Positions 59,901 to 64,000 of a DNA stretch of 64,000 nucleotides are shown here, piece by piece. Under the pieces are notes generated by a model that was not told the origin of the DNA, ran no database searches, and saw nothing but the letters and a program-made list of their open reading frames with translations. The DNA is from Macrostomum lignano. Its lineage: Eukaryota. A program made the position numbers and the translations under genes. How positions within the stretch are numbered: the first letter of the stretch is position 1; every line of letters begins with the position of its first letter. The stretch spans positions 248,001 to 312,000 of the forward strand of contig NIVC01000671.1 of NCBI GenBank assembly GCA_002269645.1, written 5' to 3'.

Positions 59901-61564
59901 TTGAGCTTCCCGCGTGAGCCGGGCAGTTCCCGGGTTGTTGTCAAGGGACCGAAAGACTGCGTCCAGGGCGCCATCGCCCGCATCCGCGAGATTGTTGACG
60001 ATCTGGCCGCCCGCGTCACCATCGAGGTGGCCATCCCGGCCATTCATCACCGCAGCGTGATTGGCCGCTCCGGCGACAATGTGCGCGACATCTGCGACCA
60101 ATTCGACGTGAGCATCAAATTCCCCGAGTTCAACAGACAGCAGTCGCAGCCTAGCGACGCCAACGCCGCCCCTGCAGCCGCTGAAGTCACGGCCAACGGT
60201 GGCGGCGAAAACGCCGCAGCCAGCGGCTCGGAGACCAGCAGCAATCCGGAGGGCTCCGGCGATGCCACGCCGTCCAAGGCGGATCTGGTGTCCATCAGCG
60301 GCCGTCAGGAGCAGTGCGACAAGGCCCGCCAGGCCCTGCTAGACCTGGTGCCAATCGAGGAGCAGCTGGACTTCCCGTCCGAGTTTCACGGCCAGCTGAT
60401 CGGCCGCAACGGCGAAGGCATCCGGCGCCTGACTAACGAGCTGAACATGGCCATCACTATCCCGAGCAAGGCTGAGCACATCGTGCTCAACGGTACGCCG
60501 AAACGCGTGGAAGCTGCCAAAATCCGTCTACAGGAGCGCCTGAATGAATTGGAGGCCGAGAAAGCCGACCAGGAGGCTCGCAGCTTCGAATGCAAGCTGG
60601 ACATACCGGCCCAGTATCATCGCGAAATCATCGGGCCCAAGGGTGCCAACGTGCGCGCCCTGCAGCAGAAGTACGAAGTTCGCGTCAACATACCGAATCC
60701 GGACAAGAACTCTAACGAAATTGTTGTTATCGGATATCAGGACAAGGCCGAGGCCGCCGCTAAAGAGTTGATGGCCATTAAGGACAAGCTGGAGAACCAG
60801 GTGTCGGCTGAACTGTTCATCACGCACCAGGTGCACCCAATCATTATTGGTGAGTGCACAAGTTCTTTTTTCGTGCTGTTTCAAGTGACGCACGACTTGG
60901 CTAATCTGGCCCGTTGATTCCTCAGCTCCTACTATATTTAGATCCCTAATCCCCTGGTCCTGAACTGCTTTAGCTGGAGTATAAGGCGCCAGCAGCTTTT
61001 CCTACTGTTACGCCTACGCAGCTGCTTACTGAAGATTGCCGTGCTATTAATCCTCGCCATCTGCTGCTATTTATCCAACTAGGCCAGCGCGGCAAGAATC
61101 TGCGCTCCCTGATGGAGAAATTCGACGTCGCTATCGACATGCCCGGTCGGAACGCGCCGCCAGACGCGCAGAACACTGTTGTTGTTCGCGGCGCCCAGGC
61201 CGATGTTGACAACGCCTGCGATCACCTGCTTGACCTGGCCGGCGAAGTGATTGACAGGATGATCGAGCGCGGCGAGCTGGACCCGCGCTCGCTCCGTCCG
61301 GACGCCGCCAGCGAGCAGGCCGAGCAGCCAGCCCAGGCCCAGCAGCAGCAGCAGCAGCAGCCGCAGAAGCAGGGCAAGAAGCAGCAGCAGCAGCATGGCG
61401 GCAGCGGGCCGGGATTTGTTGTTCGCGACGCTCCTTGGGACCAGCAGCAGCTGGCCTCTAGCGAGCATTTCCCGTCCATTGGCGGCGGCAACGGCGACCC
61501 GGCCCCGCCGCCAGTCAGCGGCAACGGCACCGCCAAGCCGTCCGCCTGGTCCCGGGCCAAGTAA
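53954..61564 (+). CDS. HDLBP: Vigilin (HDL-binding protein, multi-KH domain), 1297 aa; exons 53954-54124, 54226-54450, 56207-56650, 56963-57322, 57643-58362, 58822-59241, 59778-60849, 61083-61564
   Basis: All junctions are GT-AG and in frame (3894 nt in total). YSEAFPPL, PIKTSVTTQ|IVEIPFEERRFK, LQTQA, a series of KH GxxG loops, and C-terminal GFVVRDAPW...SSEHFPSIG match vigilin. Confidence 0.97.
54578..56150. repeat. 30-bp minisatellite, ~52 copies, filling vigilin intron 2
   Basis: Unit cagcaggtgtgctacccttccccagtctat, with higher-order duplicated variants. Confidence 0.98.
58500..58760. repeat. 22-bp minisatellite in vigilin intron 5 (aatctcccccatcccctttagg)
   Basis: Direct tandem repetition, degenerate at the edges. 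Confidence 0.92.
59380..59702 (+). mobile_element. tRNA-derived SINE with a CORE-like central domain and (ATT)n tail, in vigilin intron 6
   Basis: A box tggcctagtgg and B box ggttcgattcc. Central gtgtcctttagcaagacacttaactc...cagttc....gctgtaaaatggg resembles the CORE consensus (gtgaccttgggcaagtcacttaacctc...ctcagtttcctcatctgtaaaatggg). Ends in (att)n. Confidence 0.85.
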
Positions 61565-64000
61565 TCATAATTAATTATTATATCAAGCACTAATAACTGG
61601 AAGGCAAACCTAGAATAACAATTGTTTTTTCTCGCTTCGCTGGGTGGCGGTTAAATAATGATTTGCACTTGAAAATTAAGACAAAAAATTCAGTAAACAC
61701 AGACTCATTATTTACAGTGTGATACGACTCAACTTCATTACTTATGAAATTGCTTCTCATCAGATTTTCCTTCATAAAAATTTCCAACCCTTAAAAATCG
61801 TTTTGGTTTTCCCTCTTTATGCCCAATTTTGTTTCCATCCAGCAAAACAACAAACAACAATTGAAGAAATAGAACATGTTGAATTCTGTTGTCTTAGCCA
61901 ATATCTGCGCTCATTGTTAGATGATTTTATTATTATAAAAGAATTATTATTAATACTATATACTGTAGTATGCAGCATTGTGCACTGGCTTTATGGATTG
62001 CCGTAAATGGAAACAAAGCTGCTCAGCGTACACTGCGCCTCTATAGCTGCTCCTGTAGGGACAGGGTGAGGTGTGTAGAACGCACGTGGCGCCTATGCTA
62101 TATGCAAGTTTTAGATTAGCTGTTTGCAACACAAGCCAGCTGCAAATTGAGAGCCAGTCAGGTCCTGCCGGCTGTTTTTCTTGCCATTGCAGTTCGCAGC
62201 GTGACTAGCAGATTTCCTAATAGTTATCTAGTTGCAGGCCTGTGCGTCATGCGACTGCGCCCCCGTGCGGCATGCACACTTCTTTCTCAACTCTATTGTC
62301 CACCCATTTCTCTCTATTGCTTGTCAGGCTTTCTTTAGTTAGTTGTGTTGGAATTCTTCAAAATATGTAGATTTGGTGGCCTAATCTGCTGGGAGAGGAA
62401 TTTCGTTGATAGGGCTTTTTTAGTGCTGTTTTTTTATCGCCGCCGCCTAGGGGCTTGAAAATGTCACTGTTTTCTCATTGTTGCCCTTGCCACTGTCTTA
62501 GCTACGGCTATCAAAACAAACGATGTGGAGGTGGGTGGGATGGGTAGTAGGGAGAGAATTCCCAGGGCTTTGAGGCGACCTTTTCTCCGTATGCCGCATC
62601 CTCTACAAGCTCCCTGTCTGTTGCGATGGGAAGAGAATGAAATGAGCTGCCCATTGTTCTTCAGGCCGTACACTGACGCTTCCCTCTTCCCCTTTCAGCT
62701 CCCCGTCTGAAAATTTGCCTCATCTCCCGCGCATCTGCCTGTTCGGGTTTTGCTTCATTCAACTAGCTGCTAGGGCTGGCTAAGGCACTTGTTTAGAAAG
62801 GCTGCAGTGCACGCGCGAGAGAAGGTGGGCGGGCGATGAACAATGCCCGAGCCTGGGGAGATATTCAGCTTTAGTTAGACGACGAAGCTGGGGAATGAAA
62901 CTGGTAGCAAATTGAAGGGCGGGCGGAAGCTAACTTTTACAGAATTAGAATGTAATAATGCCTACAATAGTTGCTGAGCTGCACTAGTTCTATAGCGGAG
63001 TTAAATCCCATGCAAATAACAGTAGCGCTGTTTAAGGCGCACTCCGGATATTGGCGCTAGCAAGCTCTGCTCTATAGTCATGGGGCATTTTTTCTTGCCC
63101 CTCGTGCGGTTTTGTTTCTGTTGATCTAGGTGGCTGCGCTGCCGGCACAACAGCTGTACAGTGTACCCGGCCTCCCGTCATGTCCGCTGTCTGTTAAGAG
63201 TCCTGCTGGGGCGAGTTGCTATCGATCCTGCTCAGCTGTCTCCCTGTCTCCCAGCCCCGCTCCCCTAAAAAGTCTAGAGCTTTTGTTGGGAGGCGCAGGC
63301 TTCTCGAATTTAGACAATAAAGGCGCTTAGCGAATATGACTTGGCAGTTTCGCTCTCTAGCCCAGTCCAGGCAGTGTGTTAAGTCCTTTAGCACCCACTG
63401 GCTGGGGGGGGGCGATTGCTTGTCTACCTTATTTGACTTCAACTTGTATTTAGTAGCCAGGCCGAGTCAGCAGAAACCGGCCCGCCCCTTCCTCCGCCTT
63501 CAAAGTCAAAGCCAGGCGATTTCTTATCTGCAGCCTGGCACACCGCGGCTCCCCTCATGCATGGCCAACCTCCCCCTCCTTGCTCTCTCTCTCTCAAGTG
63601 ACTGAGAAGCTTTGGCTTTGCGCGTTTTTTAGGACCCCCAAGCAGCGCTAGTTACATTTTACTCCCAGCCAGCGCGCGTTCTCTTCTGCTCAGCTCTCGC
63701 GCTTTGCAGTGCCGCGATAGCGAGGGGCAAAATAACTTTTGCTGACTGTAGGCGGCCAAGGCGGAGTTGGGGTTGAAAATTTAACAGATCAGCACAATTT
63801 TTCACAGTCAGCGTTCGTTCACGCACTGCTGCTTCTGGCGCCGAATAACTTTAAACAGCTTTAAACTCCACTTATACTACTGACTAAATCACACACTTGC
63901 GTGTTGAGCGATTAATAAATATTTGAATTGCTACATCAGATGCGCGCAGCAATAATCAGCCAGCTCTATTCTCTCCGCGATTTTAGTTCTGTGCCTTTTT

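Noticed and set aside
62000-64000. Short ORFs downstream of vigilin (e.g. 63194-63442 minus)
   Set aside because: No recognisable motif or convincing splice-supported exon; cannot be supported without a search.

Overview
Eukaryotic (animal) genomic DNA, most consistent with a free-living flatworm such as Macrostomum. That taxon call is inference from GC- and CpG-rich exons, AT-rich intergenic DNA, abundant minisatellites and a gene that appears to need a spliced-leader AUG. Host genes: last exon of a Tctex-1-domain dynein light chain (+), an intronless divergent Pur-repeat protein (-), CDK2AP1 (+), RMND1 (-, 3 exons), NUP43 (-, 3 exons, directly upstream of RMND1 in an operon-like layout) and a complete 8-exon vigilin/HDLBP (+). 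The centre holds a full-length, very young Ty3/Gypsy LTR retrotransposon (31831-41683, minus strand, apparently identical 827-bp LTRs, AATA TSD, tRNA-Gln-type PBS, PPT). The most unusual feature is a clear cold-shock domain (CSDE1/UNR-like) in its Gag, between the CCHC knuckle and the protease. Its integrase also lies in a separate -1 frame. The second theme is directional CpA/TpG->TpA (plus CpG) decay of older repeats, resembling RIP. It is seen in a MULE transposase, in tandem MITE copies and in a decayed copy of vigilin exon 1. The rest is MULE/hAT/Harbinger/mariner derivatives (several nested, with TSDs), an RTE-like LINE remnant, a CORE-type SINE and many minisatellites. All homology calls come from recognising motifs by eye; no searches were run.
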